A stretch of DNA of 64,000 nt from Bacteroidales bacterium. Lineage in GTDB: Bacteria > Bacteroidota > Bacteroidia > Bacteroidales > JAHJDW01. Under the pieces are notes generated by a model that saw only the letters and a program-made list of their open reading frames with translations, had not been told where the DNA came from and made no database searches. The stretch covers positions 34,461 to 98,460 of the forward strand of contig JBAZBZ010000007.1 of assembly GCA_041671145.1 (NCBI GenBank), given 5' to 3'. Shown piece by piece: positions 10,457 to 19,895 of this stretch (position 1 is the first letter of the stretch; each line of letters starts with the position of its first letter). The position numbers were made by a program, and so were the translations under genes.

Positions 10457-12319
10457 TTACGTCTTTTCACTCAACTCAAGCCAGCGATTTGATTTTTCTT
10501 CAAGTTGTTTTTGTATTTCGTTGTAACGAATAGTATCTGTAGTTAATTGTTCATTAGTGCTATTTCCCAAACTAAAAGCTAACTCGATAATTTTTTTTTC
10601 ATTCTCTAAAATTTCAATTTCTTTTTCTAATGCTTCAATTTCAATTTTTTCTTTAAATGTGAGTTTTGCTTTATTTTTTATTTTAGGAATTTCGCTTTTT
10701 GTATTTTCGTTTTTATTTATTGCTGCTGCATTTTGTTTGAGCTGCTCACAATAATCTCTGTATGCAAAATAATTTCCCGGAAAATCTTTAACCACACCAT
10801 TTCCTTCGAAAACAAATAAATGGTCAACTATTTTGTCAATAAAATATCTGTCGTGAGTAACTACAACAACGCATCCTTTAAAAGAGGTAAGGTAATCTTC
10901 CAAAACATTTAATGTTAATATATCGAGGTCGTTTGTCGGTTCATCAAGAATAAGAAAGTTGGGATTTCGCATCAAAACAGTTACTAAATATAATCTTCGT
11001 TTCTCTCCTCCGCTTAATCTGCTGATAGAATTATAATGCATTGAATAAGGAAACATAAAATAATTCAGGAATTGTGCTGCGGTAACAATACTGCCGTTTC
11101 CCATATCAATAACTTCTGCAATTTCGTTTACTACATCAATTACTTTTGTATCCTCATTAAAAGTTATACCTTCCTGTTTATAATAACCGAATTTAATGGT
11201 TTCTCCTATTTCAATTCTGCCTGAAGCGGGTTTTAAATCTCCTGAAATAATATCTAAAAAAGTAGATTTTCCTGTTCCATTTTTTCCAACAATTCCTATC
11301 TTTTCGTTTTTATTAAAGTTATATGTCAAGCCGTTCAATATTTTGAGTTCACCCCAATTATAACAAATATCTTCAAGTTTAATAATTTTATTACCCATTC
11401 TTGAACTCTGAATATTTATTTTAATTTTATTATTCTGAATTTTATTTTCTGCTTTTGATTTTAATTCATAAAAACTATCGATTCTGTATTTTGCTTTTGT
11501 GGTTCGTGCCTTTGGCATTTTGCGCATCCATTCCTGTTCTTTTTTCAATAAATTGCGGGCTTGGGCAGTTTCCTTATTTAAGTTATAATATCTCTCTGCC
11601 TGCTTTTCAATAAAAAAAGAATAATTCCCATTATATCTAAAAACGGAGCCATTGTCTAATTCAATAATTTCGTTGCAAACCCTGTCTAAGAAATATCGGT
11701 CGTGGGTAACCATTAGCAAAGTTAAGTTTGATTTTGAAAGAAATTCTTCGAGCCATTCTATCATTTCCATATCGAGATGATTTGTCGGTTCATCAAGAAT
11801 CAGAAACTCCGGTTCGGTAATCAATATTTTTGCTAATGCAATGCGCTTACACTGTCCGCCCGAAAGCTCGCTTATGTTTTGTTTTAAGTTAGAAATTTTA
11901 AGCTTATCTAAAATTTGTTTAATGCGGTTTTCATATTCCCATGCATTGTGCAAATCCATTTTTTCTGAAGCAATTTGTATTTCGTTTTTATTATTGCTTA
12001 AAATTGCTTTTTCATAATTTGCAATAGTTTTGGTAATATTATTTGAAGATGAATATACTTCATCGAATATATTATTTTCGGAATTTAAAACGGGTTCTTG
12101 TTTTAAATAAGCAACAACTATATCTTTGGTAAGCTTCACGGTTCCGGAATCGGCGCTGTCAATGCTTGCAATAACATTAAGTAAAGTTGTTTTACCTGAA
12201 CCGTTTGTTGCAATTAACGCTATTTTTTGATATTGATTAACAACAAAAGATATATTTTCAAATAAAACTTTTTCTCTGTATGTTCTGGTAAGATTTTCAA
12301 CCTGTAAATAAGTCAGCAT
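10457..12319 (-). CDS. ABC-F family ATPase (two ABC domains, no membrane domain; Uup/EttA-like)
   Basis: Two Walker A sites (ATNGSGKTT, GKNGTGKST), two LSGG signatures (LSGGQCKR, LSGGEKRR), and a C-terminal coiled coil. Start moved to the ATG at 12319 (MLTYLQVENL) because a -7 box lies at 12342-12349, inside the longer ORF-track version. Confidence 0.85.
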   Translation of the reverse strand: MLTYLQVENLTRTYREKVLFENISFVVNQYQKIALIATNGSGKTTLLNVIASIDSADSGTVKLTKDIVVAYLKQEPVLNSENNIFDEVYSSSNNITKTIANYEKAILSNNKNEIQIASEKMDLHNAWEYENRIKQILDKLKISNLKQNISELSGGQCKRIALAKILITEPEFLILDEPTNHLDMEMIEWLEEFLSKSNLTLLMVTHDRYFLDRVCNEIIELDNGSVFRYNGNYSFFIEKQAERYYNLNKETAQARNLLKKEQEWMRKMPKARTTKAKYRIDSFYELKSKAENKIQNNKIKINIQSSRMGNKIIKLEDICYNWGELKILNGLTYNFNKNEKIGIVGKNGTGKSTFLDIISGDLKPASGRIEIGETIKFGYYKQEGITFNEDTKVIDVVNEIAEVIDMGNGSIVTAAQFLNYFMFPYSMHYNSISRLSGGEKRRLYLVTVLMRNPNFLILDEPTNDLDILTLNVLEDYLTSFKGCVVVVTHDRYFIDKIVDHLFVFEGNGVVKDFPGNYFAYRDYCEQLKQNAAAINKNENTKSEIPKIKNKAKLTFKEKIEIEALEKEIEILENEKKIIELAFSLGNSTNEQLTTDTIRYNEIQKQLEEKSNRWLELSEKT

Positions 12320-12341
12320 AATTTTTTTTTCCTGATAGCTG

Positions 12342-12349
12342 CAAATATA
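12342..12349 (-). promoter_or_regulatory. -7 promoter box (TATATTTG on the minus strand)
   Basis: CAAATATA on the plus strand, 23 nt upstream of the ATG at 12319. Confidence 0.4.
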
Positions 12350-12593
12350 GTTAAAAGAGCGAATAAGTGTTATGTCAGGCATAAAATGTTATAAAAATAA
12401 AAACCGAAGTACGATGTGGGAAGTACGAAAAAAATCGTAAATAAAATTGAATTAACGAAAGTGAAAATATTATATTTGTATGAGAAATAATAAAGTAAAT
12501 AATGTTTTGAAAGGTGTTCGAAGCTATACAAATTAGGGATGCCGGAATATCTTTATTAAACATTTAAGATAGTTATAAGCCATTTTAAAAGAC

Positions 12594-12734
12594 ATGTATA
12601 TGAGAAAATATTTATTTTCAATTTTGTTAACTTTAATAGCAGCGACTTCATTTGGGCAAATATTTTAGGACTTAACTTTTGATGACACCAACTACCTCGT
12701 TAGCGGCAAGTTTTATAGCGAACTGCTACTATAA
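12594..12734 (+). pseudogene. Remnant of a secreted-protein gene (signal peptide only, in-frame stop)
   Basis: ATG at 12594 encodes MYMRKYLFSILLTLIAATSFGQIF, then TAG at 12666. The same frame continues DLTFDDTNYLVSGKFYSELLL and stops at 12732-12734. A TATATTTG box lies at 12471-12478 upstream. Confidence 0.35.
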
Positions 12735-12798
12735 TTCAAAGTAAAAAATAATAGTAAAGATAAACTTTTTACTCAAAAAATATTAAAAAAATAAAGTG

Positions 12799-12806
12799 TA
12801 TTTTTG
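12799..12806 (+). promoter_or_regulatory. -7 promoter box (TAnnTTTG) for the R-M cassette
   Basis: TATTTTTG lies 25 nt upstream of the methyltransferase ATG at 12831. Confidence 0.45.
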
Positions 12807-12830
12807 CGATATTATATTAATTTTACATAA

Positions 12831-14075
12831 ATGATAGATAAAAAACCATATATAGAAACAATTATTGAAATAAGCCGCTCCTATTTGGAAGAAACATTTT
12901 CAAATAAAGAAAGGCTTATGGAGTTTTTGCAAACAGTTGACTATTTAAAAACAAAAACAAACAGAAAAGAGATTATTGATAATTTTACAGATATTTATAT
13001 TGATTTTGTTAAAAAGGATTATCAAAATCAATATAAAAAAAATAACACAAAACTTGTTAATTTTCTTGAAAATAAAGACGATGGCGTAAAAATTATATGG
13101 GGAAATTGTTTTGATGTAATGCGTGGGATGAAACCGGAATCAATTCATTTAATGGTTACATCGCCACCATATTATAACGCTCGTGAATATTCTCAATGGA
13201 AAAATTTGAATGATTATTTAGACGACATGAGAATGATAATTCGTGAGGCGTATCGTGTTTTGGACAACAATAGAGTTTTTGTTTTTAATGTGGGCGACAT
13301 TTTTGATAATGACAATATTACAACAAAATCAACATGGGGAAAAAGACGTATTCCGCTTGGTGCTTATTTTACAAAAATATTTGAGGAAGAGGGTTTTACC
13401 TTTGTAGATGATTTTATTTGGGACAAAGGTGAGGTACAAAGCGAGCGACATAAAAATGGAAACAAGCCCTATCCTTTTTATCAATACCCGATGAATTGTT
13501 ATGAACATATTTTGATTTTTCATAAACACAGAAACGATACAACACGATATCCTTGCCCTGTTTGTGGGTGTATAAAAGTTAATGGCAATGCTTATTCGGA
13601 AATTGGATTAAAAAGTTGGGAATGTAAAAATTTTGAATGTTTTGAACGCAGTGAGGCAAATCGTGGGAAAAGATTTTCGCTTAAAACGATTACTACACAG
13701 GGTAGGCAAGAAGAAAAATTTGCTATTGAAAAAGAATATATAAAAAAATGGCGCAGAGATATAATTAAAATCAATCCTGTCATAAAAATAAATTCAAAAG
13801 GAGAAAATACTTTGGGACATACTGCACCATTTCCTGCAGAAATTCCCGAATTTGCTGTAAAAATGTTTTCTTATCCAAATGAATATGTTTTAGACCCTTT
13901 TGGTGGCAGTTTTACTTCTGTAATAACAGCAAAACAACTTGGAAGAATTGGTGTTGGAATTGAATTAAATAAAGAGATGTTTGGCAAAAGCAGTATGCAA
14001 AATTTGACGAAATCTTTGCACCCGCAATTATTTAATACAAAAAATATTCAAATTTCAGAAATTAATTTATTATGA
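12831..14075 (+). CDS. Beta-class N4/N6 DNA methyltransferase (N6_N4_Mtase type) with an internal Cys-rich insertion
   Basis: Catalytic motif IV TSPPY (HLMVTSPPYYNAREY) precedes SAM motif I (HTAPFPAEIP...VLDPFGGSFTS) in beta-class order. The insertion PCPVCGC...WECKNFEC lies between them. Confidence 0.85.
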   Translation: MIDKKPYIETIIEISRSYLEETFSNKERLMEFLQTVDYLKTKTNRKEIIDNFTDIYIDFVKKDYQNQYKKNNTKLVNFLENKDDGVKIIWGNCFDVMRGMKPESIHLMVTSPPYYNAREYSQWKNLNDYLDDMRMIIREAYRVLDNNRVFVFNVGDIFDNDNITTKSTWGKRRIPLGAYFTKIFEEEGFTFVDDFIWDKGEVQSERHKNGNKPYPFYQYPMNCYEHILIFHKHRNDTTRYPCPVCGCIKVNGNAYSEIGLKSWECKNFECFERSEANRGKRFSLKTITTQGRQEEKFAIEKEYIKKWRRDIIKINPVIKINSKGENTLGHTAPFPAEIPEFAVKMFSYPNEYVLDPFGGSFTSVITAKQLGRIGVGIELNKEMFGKSSMQNLTKSLHPQLFNTKNIQISEINLL

Positions 14076-14728
14076 ATGAGTTAGAAGAAAAGAAAAAACA
14101 AGTCATTGGACTTTATGGCGAAATGCGTTTATCAATGGAATTGCACGAACTTGGTTGGCAAGTTCATAGGGCTTATATTGATGAAGGCATTGATTTTACA
14201 ATCACAAAATACTATTGCCAAAGTTGTAAAAAATACAGTAATCAATATATTCGCTACACTATTCGCAATGGGAAAACGGTTAAATGCGTTACTAATCTGT
14301 GTGAGCATTGCAAAGAAACGGAGTTAGAAGTAATTTCTCGGTATTTACAAGTAAAAACTTCCGAAGGGATTAAAACCGAAAAAGACGATGTGAGAAAATT
14401 TAGTTTCCACCCTAAAATTAGGTATAATATGGGTAAAGAGGTGTTTTATGTTTGGATTGCTATTTTTGATGACACAAAAGAGAAAAAATGCCATTTTTAC
14501 ATTCTCAATACAAAAGATGTTAAAAAATTTGATAACATAAAATTAGACACATACCAAATTACAGATAATCAAAAAACTGAATTACCAATCAAAAATGATG
14601 GTGTTGTATTAAAAAAAGGAACAGTAAATACAGGATACGACTATTCTGTATTTAACACACGGTTTTACAATGATTTTGGTGCATTAGAAATTGAAACAAA
14701 AAAACAGCAATACAAAACCAGCCGCTAA
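14072..14728 (+). CDS. Candidate type II restriction endonuclease (PD-(D/E)xK-like core interrupted by a zinc ribbon)
   Basis: ATGA start/stop overlap with the methyltransferase gene. GLYGE...HELGWQV...IDEGIDFTI followed by YLQVKTSE fits a D...(E/Q)xK nuclease core. A CQSC...CEHC insert lies between the two blocks. No family name recognised. Confidence 0.5.
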   Translation: MNELEEKKKQVIGLYGEMRLSMELHELGWQVHRAYIDEGIDFTITKYYCQSCKKYSNQYIRYTIRNGKTVKCVTNLCEHCKETELEVISRYLQVKTSEGIKTEKDDVRKFSFHPKIRYNMGKEVFYVWIAIFDDTKEKKCHFYILNTKDVKKFDNIKLDTYQITDNQKTELPIKNDGVVLKKGTVNTGYDYSVFNTRFYNDFGALEIETKKQQYKTSR

Positions 14729-14748
14729 CATGGGCTTAGTGTTAGCGG
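14722..14748 (+). terminator. Hairpin overlapping the stop codon of the candidate endonuclease gene
   Basis: 9-bp stem CCGCTAACA (14722-14730) / TGTTAGCGG (14740-14748) with a 9-nt loop. No clear T-run follows. Confidence 0.35.
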
Positions 14749-14824
14749 GCAGAAATTAGTATTTGATAATTCGGTAATTATTTGAAACGAGAGTAACGAA
14801 GAAATCGGACATTCTGGACAAACT

Positions 14825-16735
14825 CTAATTAACTACATCGCCTCTGAGTGTTCTGAATCTTTTTCGGGCTTCAATAACGAAAACACTTCCGGGATATTTT
14901 GTGAGGAGTTCCTGATAAAATTCTTTTGCTTTCGGAATATCGTTTAAAAATTTTTCATTTAATTCTGCAAGTTTAAAAAGAGCATCGTCGCCACGTATGT
15001 CGCTTTCGTATTCGTCATAAACTTTTTTGTATAATTCTGTAGCATCTTTATAATTGCCAACTGCAAAAAACAATTCTGCTTTTTTATAAACAGCATCATC
15101 GGCTATCGGATGTTGTTTGAAGAAGAGAAGAATTGAGTCAAGTGTTTTTTGAGCTTCATCATATTTATTTTGAAAAGCAAGTAAATCGGCTTTTGCATAA
15201 AGAAGGAGGGGAGTTAAATTGCTGTCGGCATCAATATTGTCGCTTATCAGCAATGAGAGTTCAATGGCATCGTTAGATATTAGTTTTGAAGTAGCGGCTT
15301 TAAGAATGTCAAGTTGCGCCTGTGCCCATTTAAAATCGCCTCTGTAAAAAGACAATTTTGCATTTTTAAATCTCGCAAAATGTCCGAGCGGGTCATTTTT
15401 TAAAGCTTTTTCAACCTGTGAATACAATAGTGTTGCTTCCCAAACTTCTCCCGTGAGAACATAAACATCGGCAAGTTCGATTTTACATTGTGCTTTTGCC
15501 TGCTGTGAACTACCTGAAATATCAATGGCTTCACTTAGTATATTTATTGCCGTATCGGTATTGTTAAGATAAAAAGCTTCGAGATGTGCGTAATCTTTCA
15601 GAAGATAAACAGTATTCGGATTTTTTCCCAGCTCTTCAATTGTTGAAGTATAAATTTTTTCAAGTTCTTTTAGTTCTTCGGTTGTATAATTTCTTTTGGT
15701 TGTAATCTTTTGCATCATTACATTTGCCAGATAAATTTTGGCGGAAATAAAATAAGGATTATCTTTTCCTTTATTTATAACATGTTGGTATGCTTTTATA
15801 GCAGTTTCATAATCTTCGTTATCCAAAAATATTTTTGCCACTTCAATTAATCTGTGTCCGTCTTCTTTAAATCTTCTGTCAATTGCTTTTGCCTGAATGA
15901 AAGCCGATTCGAAATCCCTGAGTTGAATCGCAAGCCAGACAAGCATTTCGGAGAAAATAAGATTTTCGGGATTTTTCTGAGATTTGGTGATAATAAGATT
16001 TTTCAAAATATCGGTTTTCTTATTGTCCTGGTCGTTGGTAATCACAGTTTGAAAAACACCCTGAATCTGCTCGAGATATTCGGGATTTGTTTCTATGGCA
16101 TCAAGATACTCGCCAAACATCGAAGTGTAATCATTTATTTTTCCGTAAACATTTGCCAGTTCAATGAAAAAGGGATAATAACCTTTTAATAATTTTCTTC
16201 CTTTAAGATATGTTCTTATTGCAAAATCAAATTCCTGTTTATTTTCAAAAGCTGCTCCAAGTTCGAGTACCTGCTGTTGATTTGGCATCAACTCATCAAT
16301 TATATTTTTGAATTGTTTTTCAAATTTTTTATTTTTATTTTGAAGCTTGTAAACATATCCAAGGTCAACTTTATATTTTGAGGATTCGGGATTTTGCTTT
16401 ATTTGTTTTTTTATAAATTTTTCGGCTTTATCATATTCTTTGAGTTCAATAAAACAATCAAGGTATGGCTGATAATATAAATAAGGATTAGTGTTAAAAA
16501 GTTTTGAATATAATCCTATTGCTTTATCGTACTCTTTATTTTGAAAATATTGTGCTGCAAGCTGCTCATCTTTATTTTGACGACCATTAATGTTTTGAGA
16601 AAAGGAATGATTATTAAAAATCAAAAATAAAAAAACAAAAAGAAATAAAGTTTTGAATACGCTATGGCAGATGAGTTTCAAATTATGTCCTTTGATATGT
16701 ATGGTAAACAAATTTTGAGATTGAGGATTGAACAT
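14825..16735 (-). CDS. Tetratricopeptide-repeat protein with N-terminal signal/anchor
   Basis: Hydrophobic N-terminus (FKTLFLFVFLFLIF). Many TPR-like A-x-x-Y-x-x-A-l-x-x-x-P units along 636 aa. Confidence 0.7.
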   Translation of the reverse strand: MFNPQSQNLFTIHIKGHNLKLICHSVFKTLFLFVFLFLIFNNHSFSQNINGRQNKDEQLAAQYFQNKEYDKAIGLYSKLFNTNPYLYYQPYLDCFIELKEYDKAEKFIKKQIKQNPESSKYKVDLGYVYKLQNKNKKFEKQFKNIIDELMPNQQQVLELGAAFENKQEFDFAIRTYLKGRKLLKGYYPFFIELANVYGKINDYTSMFGEYLDAIETNPEYLEQIQGVFQTVITNDQDNKKTDILKNLIITKSQKNPENLIFSEMLVWLAIQLRDFESAFIQAKAIDRRFKEDGHRLIEVAKIFLDNEDYETAIKAYQHVINKGKDNPYFISAKIYLANVMMQKITTKRNYTTEELKELEKIYTSTIEELGKNPNTVYLLKDYAHLEAFYLNNTDTAINILSEAIDISGSSQQAKAQCKIELADVYVLTGEVWEATLLYSQVEKALKNDPLGHFARFKNAKLSFYRGDFKWAQAQLDILKAATSKLISNDAIELSLLISDNIDADSNLTPLLLYAKADLLAFQNKYDEAQKTLDSILLFFKQHPIADDAVYKKAELFFAVGNYKDATELYKKVYDEYESDIRGDDALFKLAELNEKFLNDIPKAKEFYQELLTKYPGSVFVIEARKRFRTLRGDVVN

Positions 16736-16758
16736 TTGTTTTTTTTAACAACAAACCA

Positions 16759-16766
16759 CAAACGTA
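16759..16766 (-). promoter_or_regulatory. -7 promoter box (TACGTTTG on the minus strand)
   Basis: CAAACGTA on the plus strand, 24 nt upstream of the ATG at 16735. Confidence 0.4.
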
Positions 16767-16772
16767 TTTCAT

Positions 16773-17216
16773 TTATTTTTTCAATTCTCCGGCTGGAGTG
16801 AAAGCAATATATGGTTTATCTTTTTTATCGCATTTCAAATAAAGATAATACAAAGTTTCCATATTTGTTGAAGATGCCATGACTTCTTTTATAGGGCAAT
16901 CTTTAAATTCGCTTTTTTTAAAACCTTCTTTCACAGCAGCGGGCAGATTGTCGAAACTCATGCCTATTGTGGCACCGTCGCATTTGCCATCAGCAGTATT
17001 ATATGCAGTGAAACATTTGAAATTATCTATTTTGAATTTTACATTGTATGTTTTTTTTGTTTTACTCCATTTTGCAGAAGTTGCAGTAGGATATTTTTCT
17101 TTAAAAGTTTGTAATATGTTTTTCGGAACTTTTGCTTCATCAATTTTGTCTTCCTGTGCTTTTACAATTGCAAACTGCACGAATAATGCTGTTAGCAGAA
17201 TGATTAGTTTTTTCAT
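16773..17216 (-). CDS. Small secreted protein, possibly PepSY-like/BLIP-fold
   Basis: Signal peptide MKKLIILLTALFVQFAIVKAQ. Repeated K-x-Y-x-V-K / Y-Y-L-Y-L beta-rich pattern. Family call is tentative. Confidence 0.4.
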   Translation of the reverse strand: MKKLIILLTALFVQFAIVKAQEDKIDEAKVPKNILQTFKEKYPTATSAKWSKTKKTYNVKFKIDNFKCFTAYNTADGKCDGATIGMSFDNLPAAVKEGFKKSEFKDCPIKEVMASSTNMETLYYLYLKCDKKDKPYIAFTPAGELKK

Positions 17217-17236
17217 ATTTTTTTTGATTTTTAAAT

Positions 17237-18151
17237 TTATTTAACAGGCAATTTATATTTAATTCCGAATTCGCTTAAATATTCGGATAGTGAGCCGAGT
17301 CCTAATTCTTTTCTTCTTTTGTCAACATTTTTTTCATCGTCAATAGGGTAAAGTTCATTTTTCTTCGTTTTTTCGTTTAATTTAATTTGAGTACCGTAAG
17401 TTTGTTTTCTGTTTTCGGCAACGGCAATTTTATCAACGATAACAACATAGTTTGATGCACTTGCTTCTTTATTGTCAACAGCATTTTTAAAAAATGAAAT
17501 ATAATTTTTTTGTGTCAAAAGGTCGGAGTTTTGAAAAATCAGAAAAGCACTGTTCGAGGCATTATTTCCAACTTCCGACAGTTTAGGCCATCCTGTTTTA
17601 TCAAGCATTTCCATGAATCTTTTCTGCAAAGTAAAATTTATTTCATTCTTCAATCTTTGCAGTGAATCTATTTGTTTTGAATTTTTTCCGAATATTTTTT
17701 GGAGGTTTTCAATGTCTTTTACAAATGCCATGTTATAAGCATTCATATCAATAAGTTCAATTGTCGGGTCTTTCTCAAGGTTAGGATTGTTTTTCAGGAA
17801 CTGGTCGGCAAGGGAATTTTTTACCGGCAACCATTTTTTGTCTTTTCGTAAATTATATAAATCAGGGTCGCCAAGCACCATTTCAGGTATTATGGGTTTC
17901 TTCATGTATTTTTTTATATAAAAGAAAGATGAATCGGTTTTGTTGAATAATGCAAAAATTGCAGCCAATGTGTAATACCGCGAATTTATTGTAGTGTCTC
18001 TTTTTATATCTCGCTGTAAGAATTTTTTTGCTAATTTGAAATTTCCGGCTTCAAAGGCACTGTCGCCAAGTGTTGACAGGTTCTGATTTTGAGATTTAAT
18101 AACCGCAACGTTGAACAATAACATTGAAATAATAAAAAATAATTTTTTCAT
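17237..18151 (-). CDS. Secreted hypothetical protein
   Basis: Start moved to the ATG at 18151 (MKKLFFIISMLLFNVAVIKSQ signal peptide) because a -7 box at 18181-18188 lies inside the longer TTG-initiated ORF-track version. Confidence 0.5.
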   Translation of the reverse strand: MKKLFFIISMLLFNVAVIKSQNQNLSTLGDSAFEAGNFKLAKKFLQRDIKRDTTINSRYYTLAAIFALFNKTDSSFFYIKKYMKKPIIPEMVLGDPDLYNLRKDKKWLPVKNSLADQFLKNNPNLEKDPTIELIDMNAYNMAFVKDIENLQKIFGKNSKQIDSLQRLKNEINFTLQKRFMEMLDKTGWPKLSEVGNNASNSAFLIFQNSDLLTQKNYISFFKNAVDNKEASASNYVVIVDKIAVAENRKQTYGTQIKLNEKTKKNELYPIDDEKNVDKRRKELGLGSLSEYLSEFGIKYKLPVK

Positions 18152-18180
18152 AAAAAATAATTTAAAGATTATTTGGAAAA

Positions 18181-18188
18181 CAAATCTA
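18181..18188 (-). promoter_or_regulatory. -7 promoter box (TAGATTTG on the minus strand)
   Basis: CAAATCTA on the plus strand, 30 nt upstream of the ATG at 18151. Confidence 0.4.
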
Positions 18189-18308
18189 AGTAGATTTTTA
18201 TTAACTCGCAAGAATGATTGAATGTTTTATGGCTAAATTGTTGAAATGCTTAATTGTTAAATTGTTTAATTGCTAAAATATTATAATAATACGGGTATTA
18301 TAATAAAC

Positions 18309-18342
18309 AAAAAAAACGCACTGTTTTTTTAATTCAGTGCGT
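18309..18342 (-). terminator. Rho-independent terminator of the hydrogenase operon
   Basis: 8-bp stem ACGCACTG (18316-18323) / CAGTGCGT (18335-18342). On the minus strand the hairpin is followed by a U-run (plus-strand A-run 18309-18316). It lies 25 nt downstream of the mvhA stop. Confidence 0.6.
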
Positions 18343-18366
18343 TTCAATAAAAATTAAATTAATATT

Positions 18367-19830
18367 CTAATCTCTTTTAATCGTTCTTAAAATGTTTCCT
18401 TCTTTATCACGGAAATTCACAATCATCGGCATTTGTCCGGGTAAACTATGGGTTGCACATGAGAAACAAGGGTCATAAGCACGAAAAGCCATTTCCACCA
18501 TGTTAAGAATACCATCATCAACAGTAACTCCTTTTTTAATCAAACCCTGTGCTGCTTTTTTGATGGACATTGTAATTGCAGCGTTGTTATTGGTAGTTCC
18601 AACAATTATATTTGCTTTTGTAACAATTCCTTTTTTGTCGGTCCAGTAATGATGAGTTAAAGTTCCACGCTGTGCTTCAACAATGCCAACACCTTCACCA
18701 GGTATATCCCCGAGTTTTGCACGCAAATCCTTGCTTGTAATTTCGGAATCCTGAGCTAATTCAAGACATCTTTCAGCAGAATAGAGCAATTCAACAAGAC
18801 GCGCCCAATGCATTGCTAAAGTATTGTGAACGGGCTTGCCACCGAGAGTTTTATACATTTTATCATATTCAACTTGAGCAAGCGGAGTTGCCATTCCGTC
18901 AGCAGCATTCAAACGGCCAAGTGGAGTAGCATGATAAACACCGGAATCTTTTCCTTCGACAAAACCTTTCCAGCCAATTTTTTTAAGATACGGGAATTTA
19001 AGATATGTCCATGGTTCAACTCTTTCTTCTACATAATCGCGATATTCACTTGGTGAATATTTGCAATGCTCTTTACCTTCCTGGTCAACAACTCTGACTT
19101 TACCATCATAGAAATTAACTTTGTTGTTTGCATCAACAAGTCCCATGGAATATAAATTTAGTTTATAAGGACCGTTTAGAATAATATCAACATAAGTATT
19201 ATTTGCAAGAACAACATCTCCGAATATTTTTAATGAAAATTTTGCAAATTCGATAAATCCTTTTGCTTTTTGTTCAATATCTTTTCTTTCATCTTCTTTC
19301 AATCCTTTTCTAACACCACCCGGAATGTTAAGCATGACATGGGTTTGATGTCCACCGAGTAATGCCTGAATTTCCTGAGCAAGACGGCGCTGTTTTATAA
19401 CTTCGGTTCCTATTTCAACACCAACTTTTCCGATAACACCGAGAACATTGCGTTCGGCAGCGGGTGCAGTTGGACCAACAACAAAATCGGGAGCAGCAAG
19501 AGCATAGAAATGTGCAATATGACTATGAACAAAATGAGCCATGTAAAACAACTCTCTGATTTTTTTTGCTGCAGAAGTTGGCTCTACACCAAATACAGCG
19601 TCAACAGCTTTTCCCGAAGCCATGTGATGACAACCCGGACAAACACCGCAGATTTTTGTAACAATCTGTGGAACCTCCTCAACGGGACGACCTTCAACAA
19701 ATCTTTCAAATCCTCTTAATTCGGGAACCTGAAAATAAACATTTTCAACATCACCATCATCGGTAGTGAAGATTTCAATTTTACCATGACCTTCTAAACG
19801 GGTTATCGGGTCTATTGTGTATCGTTTCAT
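18367..19830 (-). CDS. mvhA: [NiFe] hydrogenase large subunit, group 3c (MvhA-like)
   Basis: N-terminal RLEGHG, a CGVCPGCHH metal-site motif, and C-terminal DPCFSCATH followed by a 26-residue extension. Operon context with mvhG and mvhD. Confidence 0.9.
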   Translation of the reverse strand: MKRYTIDPITRLEGHGKIEIFTTDDGDVENVYFQVPELRGFERFVEGRPVEEVPQIVTKICGVCPGCHHMASGKAVDAVFGVEPTSAAKKIRELFYMAHFVHSHIAHFYALAAPDFVVGPTAPAAERNVLGVIGKVGVEIGTEVIKQRRLAQEIQALLGGHQTHVMLNIPGGVRKGLKEDERKDIEQKAKGFIEFAKFSLKIFGDVVLANNTYVDIILNGPYKLNLYSMGLVDANNKVNFYDGKVRVVDQEGKEHCKYSPSEYRDYVEERVEPWTYLKFPYLKKIGWKGFVEGKDSGVYHATPLGRLNAADGMATPLAQVEYDKMYKTLGGKPVHNTLAMHWARLVELLYSAERCLELAQDSEITSKDLRAKLGDIPGEGVGIVEAQRGTLTHHYWTDKKGIVTKANIIVGTTNNNAAITMSIKKAAQGLIKKGVTVDDGILNMVEMAFRAYDPCFSCATHSLPGQMPMIVNFRDKEGNILRTIKRD

Positions 19831-19895
19831 TTTCTATTGTTTGTTTTAAATTTAATATCTTTTTATATGCAAGTTTAAAGTATAATGTTTAAGGT

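Noticed and set aside
12375-12563. 62-aa minus-strand ORF upstream of the ABC-F gene
   Set aside because: It lies in promoter/repeat DNA, has no motifs, and would overlap the -7 boxes of both neighbouring transcription units.
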